The position numbers and the translations under genes are program-made. Below, piece by piece: positions 16,788 through 26,892 of a stretch of 64,000 nt of DNA (its first letter is position 1; every line of letters begins with the position of its first letter). Below the pieces are notes generated by a model that had not been told where the DNA came from, did not search any database, and saw only the letters and a program-made list of their open reading frames with translations. Source of the DNA: an uncultured Acidobacteriota bacterium (GTDB taxonomy: Bacteria; Acidobacteriota; Polarisedimenticolia; Polarisedimenticolales; DASRJG01); contig CAYLHQ010000012.1 in the NCBI GenBank assembly GCA_964383585.1, positions 36,714 to 100,713 on the forward strand, read 5' to 3'.

Positions 16788-18188
16788 ATGACGGTGGAGG
16801 TCTCGGCTCCGCCCACACCGCCCGAGCGCGTGCTGCCGACCCTCAACCGGGACGGGACCAGGCGCTGGTTGCGCCCGAAGCTCTCGAAGGGGCCGTTCTG
16901 GCGGCGGCGCCTCTTCACGGCCTGGGGGCTCATCGCCCTCTTCACGGCCATTCCGTACCTTCGCTGGGACGGAAAGCCGTGGATTCTCCTGGACGTCGTG
17001 CAGCGGCGTTTCACCCTGTTCGGCAGCACCTTCCACCCGACCGACACGGCGCTCCTGATGCTCTTCCTGCTCGCGATCTTCGTGGCGATCTTCCTCCTGA
17101 CCGCGATCCTCGGCCGGGCGTGGTGCGGCTGGGCCTGTCCGCAGACGGTCTACATGGAGTTCCTCTACCGGCCGATCGAGCGCTGGATCGAAGGGACCCG
17201 CGCGAGGCAGCTCAAGCTCGACGCGGAGGGACCGAACGTCCGCCGATTCGTCAAGAACGCCGTCTTTCTCGTCGTCTCGATGTTCCTCGCGCACACCTTC
17301 CTCGCCTACTTCGTCGGTGTCGAGGCTCTCGCCCGCTGGATCGCCCGCTCCCCGTTCGAGCATCCGGCCGCGTTCCTCGTGATGGCGGCAACGACCGCCC
17401 TCATGTTCCTCGACTTCGGCTGGTTCCGCGAGCAGGTCTGCCTCGTCGCGTGCCCGTACGGACGCTTCCAGTCGGTTCTTCTCGATCGCCGGTCGCTGAT
17501 CGTCGGCTACGACCCGCTGCGAGGAGAGCCGCGCGCCCCGCTCAAGGGGAGGACCTCCGCGAAGGGCGACTGCATCGACTGTTCCGCGTGCGTGATCACC
17601 TGCCCGACCGGGATCGACATCCGCGACGGGCTTCAGATGGAGTGCATCCATTGCACACAGTGCATCGACGCTTGCGATGTCGTCATGGAAAAGGTGGGAA
17701 AGCCCCGAGGCCTCATCCGTTACGGCTCGCGTGACGAGTTCGAGGGGAAGCCCCGGAAAATCTTGAGGCCGCGGGTGGTGCTCTACCCCGCACTCCTCGT
17801 CGTGATCGTCGGGGCGCTCGGCTGGGCGCTCGCCCACCGTGCGCCTTTCGACGTCACGGTGCTGCGAGGGATGGGCGCGCCGTACGCGGTGCTTCCCGAT
17901 GGAGAGGTCTCGGGACCGATCCGCGTGAAGGTCGTGAACCGGAGCGGCGCCGAGCGGCGCTACACCGTCTCGATCGCGGAGCCTCCCGGGCTTTCCCTGA
18001 TCGCGCCGGTCAACCCGTTCACGCTGGGGGACGGCCGGTCGGAAACTTCCGGGATGTTCGTGAACGCTCCGGCGAGCGTCTTCCGGGACGGCCTTCTCGA
18101 AATCGTCGTTCGCGTCGAAGACGATTCCGGATTCGTGAGGGAAGTCCCGTATCGGCTCCTCGGTCCGTCGGGTGGAGGGGTGTCATGA
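16788..18188 (+). CDS. ccoG: cytochrome c oxidase accessory protein CcoG/FixG (polyferredoxin)
   Basis: GRAWCGWACPQTV and two ferredoxin-type Cys clusters (CIDCSACVITCP, CIHCTQCIDAC), followed by a C-terminal Ig-like domain. Confidence 0.9.
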   Translation: MTVEVSAPPTPPERVLPTLNRDGTRRWLRPKLSKGPFWRRRLFTAWGLIALFTAIPYLRWDGKPWILLDVVQRRFTLFGSTFHPTDTALLMLFLLAIFVAIFLLTAILGRAWCGWACPQTVYMEFLYRPIERWIEGTRARQLKLDAEGPNVRRFVKNAVFLVVSMFLAHTFLAYFVGVEALARWIARSPFEHPAAFLVMAATTALMFLDFGWFREQVCLVACPYGRFQSVLLDRRSLIVGYDPLRGEPRAPLKGRTSAKGDCIDCSACVITCPTGIDIRDGLQMECIHCTQCIDACDVVMEKVGKPRGLIRYGSRDEFEGKPRKILRPRVVLYPALLVVIVGALGWALAHRAPFDVTVLRGMGAPYAVLPDGEVSGPIRVKVVNRSGAERRYTVSIAEPPGLSLIAPVNPFTLGDGRSETSGMFVNAPASVFRDGLLEIVVRVEDDSGFVREVPYRLLGPSGGGVS

Positions 18189-18673
18189 AGCGGGGCTGGT
18201 ACTGGCCGCTCCTCATCGTCGTGCTTCTCTTCGTCGGAGGAATCGGCCCGAACTTGATCCTTCTCGCGTTCGCGACCGGCGACCCGTCGTTCTCGGTCGA
18301 GCCCGATTACTACGAGAAGAGCCTTCGCTGGGACGAACGGCTCGCCCAGGATCGCCGGAACTCCGAACTCGGCTGGACGCTCGCGATCGCCACGCGTCCC
18401 GGCCCGCCTCCCGAGGGCGGGATCGAGCTGACCGCGCGCCTCGCCGACCGGTCGGGAGCGCCCCTCGAGGGTGCGACGGTGACCCTCGAGGCGTTCCACA
18501 ACGCCCGCGCGAGCGACGTGCTCGCGCTCGCGCTCGAAGACGTCGGGGAGGGCTCGTACGGTGCCCGCCTCCTCGCAAGGAGGCCGGGGCTGTGGGAGTT
18601 CCGCTTCGTCGTGCGGCGGGACGGAGAGGTGTTCACCCGCACGCTCGTGGAGGACGTGTGGCCGGGGATCTGA
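18185..18673 (+). CDS. ccoH: FixH/CcoH-family protein
   Basis: ATGA overlap with ccoG. The N-terminal TM helix is followed by the FixH-like motif ...DPSFSVEPDYYEKSLRWDE... Confidence 0.8.
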   Translation: MKRGWYWPLLIVVLLFVGGIGPNLILLAFATGDPSFSVEPDYYEKSLRWDERLAQDRRNSELGWTLAIATRPGPPPEGGIELTARLADRSGAPLEGATVTLEAFHNARASDVLALALEDVGEGSYGARLLARRPGLWEFRFVVRRDGEVFTRTLVEDVWPGI

Positions 18674-19380
18674 TCGCCCTCTGCGCGGCCGTGCTGGGGG
18701 CGAGCCTCGTCGGGAGCCTGCACTGCGCCGGAATGTGCGGCGGGCTCGTCGCGTTCGCCTCCGGGTCCGCGGGCGACGGCCCCCGCGGCGGGCGCGTGGC
18801 GCGCCATGGCGCTTACCACGGCGGGCGCCTCGCCGCGTACGCCCTCCTCGGGGCGGCGGCCGGGGCTCTCGGCGCCGCCCTCGATCTCGGCGGGAGGCTC
18901 GTCGGGGTGCAGCGCGCGGCGGCCCTCCTCGCGGGACTCTTCGTGGCGCTGTGGGGCGGCCATACCCTCCTGACGGCGCTCGGGCTGCGCCTGCCGCAGC
19001 CGAAGGCCCCGGCCCCGCTACGGCGCGCGCTCGGTCGCGGCCTCGACCGGTTCGCCGCGCGGCCACCCGCGGAACGTGCCCTCGCGGTGGGGCTCCTCTC
19101 GGCACTCCTTCCGTGCGGCTGGCTCTGGGCCTACGTGGCGGTCGCAGCGGGGACCGGCGGTGCCGCGGCCGGCGCCGCGGTGATGACGGTTTTCTGGGCG
19201 GGGACGGTGCCCGCGCTCGTGGCGGTCGGCGCGCTCGTACAGGCGGCGTCGGGCCGCCTGCGGCGCGTCGCTCCCGCCGTTTGCGCCGCAGTGCTCGTCG
19301 CCGTCGGCTTGACGACGGTCGTCCTGCGGGCGGCGGCCCCCCCCGCGCACGAGGAGCCCTCCTGCCATGCCGGTCGCTGA
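18658..19380 (+). CDS. integral membrane protein, DsbD_2/TauE-like (HCAGMCGG motif)
   Basis: GTG 18658. The product is multi-TM and Ala/Gly-rich, with LHCAGMCGGLV and LLPCGWLW motifs typical of the membrane protein family often found between ccoH and ccoI. Confidence 0.65.
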   Translation: MAGDLIALCAAVLGASLVGSLHCAGMCGGLVAFASGSAGDGPRGGRVARHGAYHGGRLAAYALLGAAAGALGAALDLGGRLVGVQRAAALLAGLFVALWGGHTLLTALGLRLPQPKAPAPLRRALGRGLDRFAARPPAERALAVGLLSALLPCGWLWAYVAVAAGTGGAAAGAAVMTVFWAGTVPALVAVGALVQAASGRLRRVAPAVCAAVLVAVGLTTVVLRAAAPPAHEEPSCHAGR

Positions 19381-21814
19381 GGCCGCTCCTCCTTCGCTCG
19401 CCTGCGTCCACTGCGGGCTCCCCGTGCCCCGCGCGCGCCGCCCCGCCGGAACCGCGGCGGAGGCGTTCTGCTGCGACGGGTGCGAAGCGGTCTACGGGGC
19501 GCTCCGCGCGCACGGCCTCGCCCGTTACTACGCTCTCCGCGAATCTTCGGGAGCGGCCGGCCGGCCGGCGCGGGTGACCGGTCGTTCGTTCGAGGAATTC
19601 GACGACCCTTCGTATGCGGCGCGCATGGTACGGGAACTCCCGGACGGCTCCGCGCGGACCGAATTCTTCCTCGAAGGCGTCCACTGTGCCGCGTGCGTGT
19701 GGCTCGTGGAGCGCCTTCCGGACCTCGATCCCGGTGTCCTCGAGGCGAGGCTCGACCTCCCCCGCTCTCGTGTGCGCGTCACCTGGGACCCCGAGCGCAG
19801 CCCCCTTTCCTCCGTCGCGCGGAACCTCGATCGTCTCGGGTACACCCCGCACCCGCTCCGCGGGGAAGCCGCGGAATCGGCCCGGCGCCGGGCGGAACGC
19901 TCGATGCTGATGCGCCTCGGGATCTCGGGGGCCTCGGCGGGGAACACGATGGCGATCGCCTTCGCGCTTTACGGAGGTCTCCTCCACGGGATGGAGCCCC
20001 CGTACGAAGCGCTGTTCCGCTGGACGAGCCTCGCGATCTCGATCCCCGCGCTGATCTGGGGCGGTGGCGTGTTCTTCCGCGGCGCCCTCGGTGCCCTGCG
20101 GGCGAGGACCCTCCACATGGACGTTCCGATCGCGCTCGGGATCGTCGCCGGCTTCGCCCACGGCGTCGCGAACACCGTCCGCGGCGAGGGTCCCGTCTAC
20201 TTCGAATCGGTGACGATGCTGATCTTCCTCCTCCTCGCGGGGCGCTGGATCCAGATGCGGCGGCAGCGCACCTCGGCCGATTCGGCGGAACTCCTCGCGG
20301 CGCTCTGCCCTTCCTCCGCCCGTCTGCTCGACGGCGGCGCGGCGCGGACGGTGCCGGCCGAGTCGCTCGTGCCGGGCATGGCGATCGAGGTACTCCCCGG
20401 CGACCTCTTTCCGGCGGACGGCACCGTGACGATCGGAAGCTCCACCGTCAACGTCGCCCTTCTGACCGGAGAATCGCGCCCCGTCGAGGTCGAACCCGGC
20501 TCCGCCGTCCACGCGGGAACGCTGAACCTCGCGTCGAGACTCGAGGTCGAAGTCGTCGCCGCAGGGGAGGAAACGCGGGTCGGGAAACTCATGCGGCTCG
20601 TGGAGGAGTTCGCATCGCGCCGCGCCCCGATCGTGCTCCTCGCGGACCGGATCTCCGGGATCTTCGTCGGCGCCGTCCTCCTCCTCGCCGCCGTCACCTT
20701 CGCCCTGTGGGCGTCGCGCGGGGTCTCGACGGCCCTCGACCACGCGATCGCGCTACTCATCGTGACCTGCCCGTGCGCGCTGGGGCTTTCCACCCCGCTC
20801 GCCACGACCCTCTCGATCGGTCAGGCGGCGCGTGCGGGGATCCTGGTGAAGGGAGGGGACGTCCTCGAGGCGCTGACGCGGCCGGGGCGCGTTTGGCTCG
20901 ACAAGACCGGCACGCTGACCGAAGGGCGTCTCCGGCTGCTCGAGCGGGAGGGTCCCGAAGAGGCCTGGCGCCTCGTCGCCGCCGCCGAGCGGCACTCGGG
21001 CCATCCGGCGGCGCGGGCGATCGTGGAGGCGTGCGGGGAACTCGACGCGCACGTACGGGTCCGCGAGACCCAGGGGGGCGGAATCGAGGGGACCGTCGAC
21101 GGCCGGGCGATCGTCGTCGGTTCGCCCGGCTTCGTCGCCGCGCGATGCGGCCCGCTCGACGAGGTCCGGTCTTCTCGTCTCGCGGAGTGGACCGCGCGCG
21201 CCCTGACGCCGGTCGTCGTCGCGGTCGACGGCCGCGTCGTCGGGGCGGCCGGGCTCGGGGATCCGATACGTCCCGACGCACCCCGTGCCGTCGAGCGGCT
21301 GCGCCGGTCGGGGTGGAAGGTCGCCATCCTCTCGGGGGACCACCGGGACGTCGTCGCTGCCGTCGCACGCGCCCTCGGGATCGATCCCGCGGACGCGCGC
21401 GGGGAGATCGGTCCGGAGCAGAAGTCGCGCATCGTGCGAGAGTCGGCCTCGGACGGGACGGTCGTGATGGTGGGGGACGGCGTGAACGACGCCGCCGCAC
21501 TCGCCGCCGCCCGTGTCGGGATCGCCGTGCACGGGGGGGCGGAGGCCGCCCTCGCCGCCGCCGACGTCTTCGTCACGCGAAGCGGGGTGGAGCCGCTTCT
21601 CGAGGTCTTCGACGGGGCGCGCCGGACGTTGCGCACCATTCGCTGGAACCTCACCTTCTCGCTGCTCTACAACGTCGTCGGAGCGGGGCTCGCCATGGCG
21701 GGACTCATCAACCCGATCGTCGCCGCCGTCCTGATGCCGCTGAGTTCGCTCACCGTCGTGGGGACGACGGCGGCGTCTCGGATGTTCCGGCCGTCCGGGG
21801 GGGGAGCGCCGTGA
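19367..21814 (+). CDS. ccoI: copper-translocating P1B-type ATPase (CcoI/FixI)
   Basis: N-terminal Cys motifs and an HMA-like GVHCAACV; CPC in TM6 (CPCALGLSTP); DKTGTLT; GDGVNDAAAL. Confidence 0.9.
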   Translation: MPVAEAAPPSLACVHCGLPVPRARRPAGTAAEAFCCDGCEAVYGALRAHGLARYYALRESSGAAGRPARVTGRSFEEFDDPSYAARMVRELPDGSARTEFFLEGVHCAACVWLVERLPDLDPGVLEARLDLPRSRVRVTWDPERSPLSSVARNLDRLGYTPHPLRGEAAESARRRAERSMLMRLGISGASAGNTMAIAFALYGGLLHGMEPPYEALFRWTSLAISIPALIWGGGVFFRGALGALRARTLHMDVPIALGIVAGFAHGVANTVRGEGPVYFESVTMLIFLLLAGRWIQMRRQRTSADSAELLAALCPSSARLLDGGAARTVPAESLVPGMAIEVLPGDLFPADGTVTIGSSTVNVALLTGESRPVEVEPGSAVHAGTLNLASRLEVEVVAAGEETRVGKLMRLVEEFASRRAPIVLLADRISGIFVGAVLLLAAVTFALWASRGVSTALDHAIALLIVTCPCALGLSTPLATTLSIGQAARAGILVKGGDVLEALTRPGRVWLDKTGTLTEGRLRLLEREGPEEAWRLVAAAERHSGHPAARAIVEACGELDAHVRVRETQGGGIEGTVDGRAIVVGSPGFVAARCGPLDEVRSSRLAEWTARALTPVVVAVDGRVVGAAGLGDPIRPDAPRAVERLRRSGWKVAILSGDHRDVVAAVARALGIDPADARGEIGPEQKSRIVRESASDGTVVMVGDGVNDAAALAAARVGIAVHGGAEAALAAADVFVTRSGVEPLLEVFDGARRTLRTIRWNLTFSLLYNVVGAGLAMAGLINPIVAAVLMPLSSLTVVGTTAASRMFRPSGGGAP

Positions 21815-21948
21815 GCGTGATGTTCATCCTCCTCCCGGCCTCCCTGCTCTTCGCCCTGGGCGCGGTCCTCGTGTTCCTTTGGGCGGCCCGCTCCGGGCAG
21901 TACGACGACGTCGAGACCCCCGCCTCCCGCATCCTCGATGATGAATAG
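21811..21948 (+). CDS. ccoS: cbb3 oxidase maturation protein CcoS/FixS
   Basis: GTG 21811 overlaps the ccoI stop (GTGA). The translation (V)SVMFILLPASLLFALGAVLVFLWAARSGQYDDVETPASRILDDE matches the CcoS pattern. Confidence 0.7.
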   Translation: MSVMFILLPASLLFALGAVLVFLWAARSGQYDDVETPASRILDDE

Positions 21949-22010
21949 GGGACAGGTTACTCGTTTGTCGCAAAAAGGGACTTCTTGCGACAAATGAGTA
22001 ACCTGTCCCC
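21948..22010. repeat. palindrome GGGGACAGGTTACTCGTTTGTCGCAA / TTGCGACAAATGAGTAACCTGTCCCC (hairpin directly after ccoS)
   Basis: 26-bp arms (21948-21973 and 21985-22010) with one mismatch and an 11-nt loop. It starts on the last base of the ccoS stop codon. It shares the GGGGACA start with the other palindromes, and no U-tract follows it. Confidence 0.65.
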
Positions 22011-22014
22011 GAAT

Positions 22015-22023
22015 TGCTATACT
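22015..22023 (+). promoter_or_regulatory. candidate extended -10 promoter element TGcTATACT for lepA
   Basis: TG-N-TATACT lies 27 nt upstream of the lepA ATG (22050) in otherwise GC-rich DNA. There is no convincing -35 element. Confidence 0.3.
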
Positions 22024-22049
22024 GCCCGGCCGCCTCGGGCGGAAACCCC

Positions 22050-23846
<1,797 letters not shown>

Positions 23847-23856
23847 ACGGGTTTCG

Positions 23857-23896
23857 GGGCCCCCTGCCCGGGTCCATCCCACCCTGCAGGGGGCCC
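23857..23896 (+). terminator. GC-rich hairpin downstream of lepA
   Basis: GGGCCCCCTGC (23857-23867) pairs perfectly with GCAGGGGGCCC (23886-23896) around an 18-nt loop. No U-tract follows, so function is uncertain. Confidence 0.35.
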
Positions 23897-24069
23897 GTCC
23901 GAATCCTCCGCGGTGGAGCCAGCCGCCGTCGATTCCGCCCGAAAGATGGGTTCCGGCCCGTGGAAATGCCAGCCCGCGCCCGCCGGTTTGCGCGGATGCC
24001 GAACTGGACGAATAATCTCGAAGGTTTACGGTTCCCCTGGAGTCCAACCCCCGCGGAGGGTCCCCCGAA

Positions 24070-26223
24070 ATGCGTCGACTCCTGTTTGCCGCGCTGCTCG
24101 TCGGGCTGACGGGAGCGGCGGCGGCGCAGACAACCGTGTACGTCTCCCCGACGGGGACCGACCCTGCCAACTGCGCGGTCTCGACGAACTGCCGCAGCAC
24201 GGGAACGGCCTGTCGGACGATCCAGTGCGCGATCGACTCGACCGTCGGCGGGGAGACGATCCGCGTCGCCCCCGGGACCTACAACGAGTGCGTGACCGCG
24301 TTCTTCGTGGACGGCGGGTCCGGGGCCCCGGTTCCGGCCGATCTCACGATCGTCGCCGAGGACTACGAGGTCAACCGCCGGTCGAACACGACGATACTCG
24401 ACGCGACCGGTCTCGATTGCTTCGTCGACATCGGCGGACAGATCGTGTCGCTCCCGGTGGTGGAACTGGGAGATCGGGCGGTGCTTCGCGGATTCACGGT
24501 CAAGGGGAACCAGGGAGGCGGAGGCGTCCGCGGATACGGCGCCGTTCAAATCACGAACAACGTGATCGAGGGGAACTCGGCCCTACGGGGGGGCGGGGTC
24601 TACGTTTATACGGGTTATTACGTCACCGACGTCGACGGCCAGACCGCGGTCAAGCAGAACGTCATCCAGAACAACTCCGCCGCCCTCGGGGGAGGGGTCA
24701 TGGTCCGCGGCATCGCGTTCTACGGGGCCGGCGGCACGGTGACCGTGGAGTCGAACACGATCGCCTCGAACACTGCGGAAGGCGTTGACGGCGGGTACGG
24801 CGGAGGGCTCTACGTTCTGACCGACTCGTACGACCCGGCCGACGTCTCGCGCGTGAGGATTACCAAGAACTTGATCGAGGGGAACAACGCGACCCTCGGC
24901 ACCTCGGGGGGCGTCGCGTACGGAGGCGGCCTGTACGTGTCGACGTACGGGTATCCCGCGTCGGGGAGCGAGGTCATCGACGTCGACGACAACGTGATCC
25001 GAAACAACTTCGCGGAGGGATACGGCGGCGGCGTCATCGCGCAGGTGCTCGGAACGACCGGTCCCGCGTCGAACGACGATCCCGGTTACGAGATCCGGGT
25101 GCGGAACAACTCCCTTACGGCCAACGTCGCCGACGGCGGAGGAGGCGGCGTCTACGTTTACGCCCAGCACGCCGATCTCGATTCGACCGCGAAGACGACC
25201 CTCGCCGTCGAGGGAAACGCGATCGCCGGGAACTCCCACACCGGCGTCATCCAGTCCCCCTTCGTTCCGGGCGGAGGCGGGGGGGTCTACGCCGAGGTCA
25301 TCCAGGCGAGAAACCTGACGCCGAACGTCGACATCGAGTTCGAGAACAACACGATCCAAACGAACACGACGGCCGCGGTCGGCGGCGGGGCGAGCCTCTA
25401 CGTCCTCGCCGACTCCCAGCCGGACGGGGGCGCGTCTCTCGCCACCGACGCGAGGGTGCGATTCGAGAACAACCTGGTGACGACGAACACCGCGGCCACG
25501 CCCGGTCTGACCGGGGAGGGTGGCGGCGTGTATACCCTACTCGAGTCGAGAGGTCTCGCGACCGCAACCGCGACGCTCGAATTCAACACGGTCGCCGCGA
25601 ACTCCGTCGATCCGGGAGGCGCCGGCCTCTACGTCGACGCGTTCACCTATCCGGACACCTCGCTCAACCTCGGATCGACCGCGACCGAGGTCTCGAACTC
25701 GATCCTCTACGTCAACGAAGATCTCGAGTTCGAAACCGGCTTCGTCGGCGGAACCGACCAGCGATCGCTCACGGTCCGGTACAACGACGTCTACGACGTC
25801 GCCGACTCGCTGTACGGGCCGAACGTCGGGAATCGGACGGGACAGTCCGGCAATCGGAGCTTCGATCCCGAGCTGAGCGCCTTCTACGTCCCCCTGCTCT
25901 GTTCGGCCTCGATCGACGCCGGGGACCCGCTCGAGGGAACCCGCGACTCGGTCGGCCGCCTCACCTCGGAGCCGCAACCCAACGGCGGGATCGTGAACCT
26001 CGGCCACCTCGGCAACACGCCGAACGCGCCGCGGACCTTTCCCGACGTGAGCGGGGACGGGATCGTGGACGGCGTCGACGTCCTGCGCATCGCGTCGTCG
26101 TTCGCGTCGATCTCGTCGCAGCCGACCCGATTCAATCCCGCCGCCGACCGAGACCGTGACGGCGACGTGGACGGAGACGATCTCTCGTACGTGGCCGCCT
26201 TCTACGGCCAGGCATGTCCGTGA
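24070..26223 (+). CDS. secreted right-handed beta-helix repeat protein with a C-terminal dockerin-like module
   Basis: Signal peptide MRRLLFAALLVGLTGAAAAQ. Many GGG(V/L)Y...N-x-I/V-x-x-N repeats are characteristic of parallel beta-helix (PbH1) proteins. The C-terminus carries two Ca-binding-like loops (DVSGDGIVDGVDVLRIASSF ... DRDRDGDVDGDDLSYVAAFYG). Confidence 0.8.
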   Translation: MRRLLFAALLVGLTGAAAAQTTVYVSPTGTDPANCAVSTNCRSTGTACRTIQCAIDSTVGGETIRVAPGTYNECVTAFFVDGGSGAPVPADLTIVAEDYEVNRRSNTTILDATGLDCFVDIGGQIVSLPVVELGDRAVLRGFTVKGNQGGGGVRGYGAVQITNNVIEGNSALRGGGVYVYTGYYVTDVDGQTAVKQNVIQNNSAALGGGVMVRGIAFYGAGGTVTVESNTIASNTAEGVDGGYGGGLYVLTDSYDPADVSRVRITKNLIEGNNATLGTSGGVAYGGGLYVSTYGYPASGSEVIDVDDNVIRNNFAEGYGGGVIAQVLGTTGPASNDDPGYEIRVRNNSLTANVADGGGGGVYVYAQHADLDSTAKTTLAVEGNAIAGNSHTGVIQSPFVPGGGGGVYAEVIQARNLTPNVDIEFENNTIQTNTTAAVGGGASLYVLADSQPDGGASLATDARVRFENNLVTTNTAATPGLTGEGGGVYTLLESRGLATATATLEFNTVAANSVDPGGAGLYVDAFTYPDTSLNLGSTATEVSNSILYVNEDLEFETGFVGGTDQRSLTVRYNDVYDVADSLYGPNVGNRTGQSGNRSFDPELSAFYVPLLCSASIDAGDPLEGTRDSVGRLTSEPQPNGGIVNLGHLGNTPNAPRTFPDVSGDGIVDGVDVLRIASSFASISSQPTRFNPAADRDRDGDVDGDDLSYVAAFYGQACP

Positions 26224-26288
26224 AGGTCGGCCAGGAGACGACGATGAACTGCACGGCAACCGCACGGACGGAACGGAAGGGAGGCCGC

Positions 26289-26891
26289 ATGGGCCGGTGG
26301 GCTTTGGCCACGATCGCGATTCTGGCGCTCGGAACGACCGCATGCGGCGGTGGGGGGGACGACGACCCCGCTCCTTCGGGCCCCGTCGCATCGTTCACCC
26401 CCGGAACCGCGACCGCCGGCTCGATCGCGCAGCTCGCGGGGAGCTCGAGCGGCACGAGCTTCACGATCCGGATCTCCGCGACCGACATCCCCGACTTCTT
26501 CGGGGCTGCGTTCCGGATCCAAATCGATCCCGACTTCGTCGCGTACCAGGGATTCACCTCGACGGGGTCGTTCCTCCGGGACGGTGGCGTGACCAACCTC
26601 GACTTCCGCGTCGACGCCACGACCGTTCCGGGCCAGGTCATCGTGAACGCCACCCGCGTTCAAAACGCCAGCGGCACGATCCCGGGAGTGAACGTCGTCG
26701 GGACCCGCGAGTTGATCTCGCTCACCTTCCGGGTGCGGACGTTCTTCAACGCGACCTCCGACGCGAACGCGAACGGGATCCCGGACGGGAGCCTTGAATT
26801 CGTCGACCCGCGTGAGGTCTGCGACTCGGACCAGCCCGTCTGCACCCCGATCTTTGTCACGTGGTCGGCCGGGTCGGTCCGGGGCAGCTGA
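26289..26891 (+). CDS. lipoprotein with a cohesin-like domain
   Basis: ATG 26289 follows AAGGGAGG. The lipobox is LALGTTAC. The mature part (FTIRISATDIPDFFGAAFRIQIDPDFVAYQGF...GTRELISLTFRV) resembles a cohesin beta-sandwich. Confidence 0.6.
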   Translation: MGRWALATIAILALGTTACGGGGDDDPAPSGPVASFTPGTATAGSIAQLAGSSSGTSFTIRISATDIPDFFGAAFRIQIDPDFVAYQGFTSTGSFLRDGGVTNLDFRVDATTVPGQVIVNATRVQNASGTIPGVNVVGTRELISLTFRVRTFFNATSDANANGIPDGSLEFVDPREVCDSDQPVCTPIFVTWSAGSVRGS

Positions 26892-26892
26892 T

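Noticed and set aside
17960-20743. A 927-aa minus-strand ORF over ccoG, ccoH and ccoI.
   Set aside because: The same artefact as above: Arg/Pro/Gly-rich and antisense to well-supported genes.
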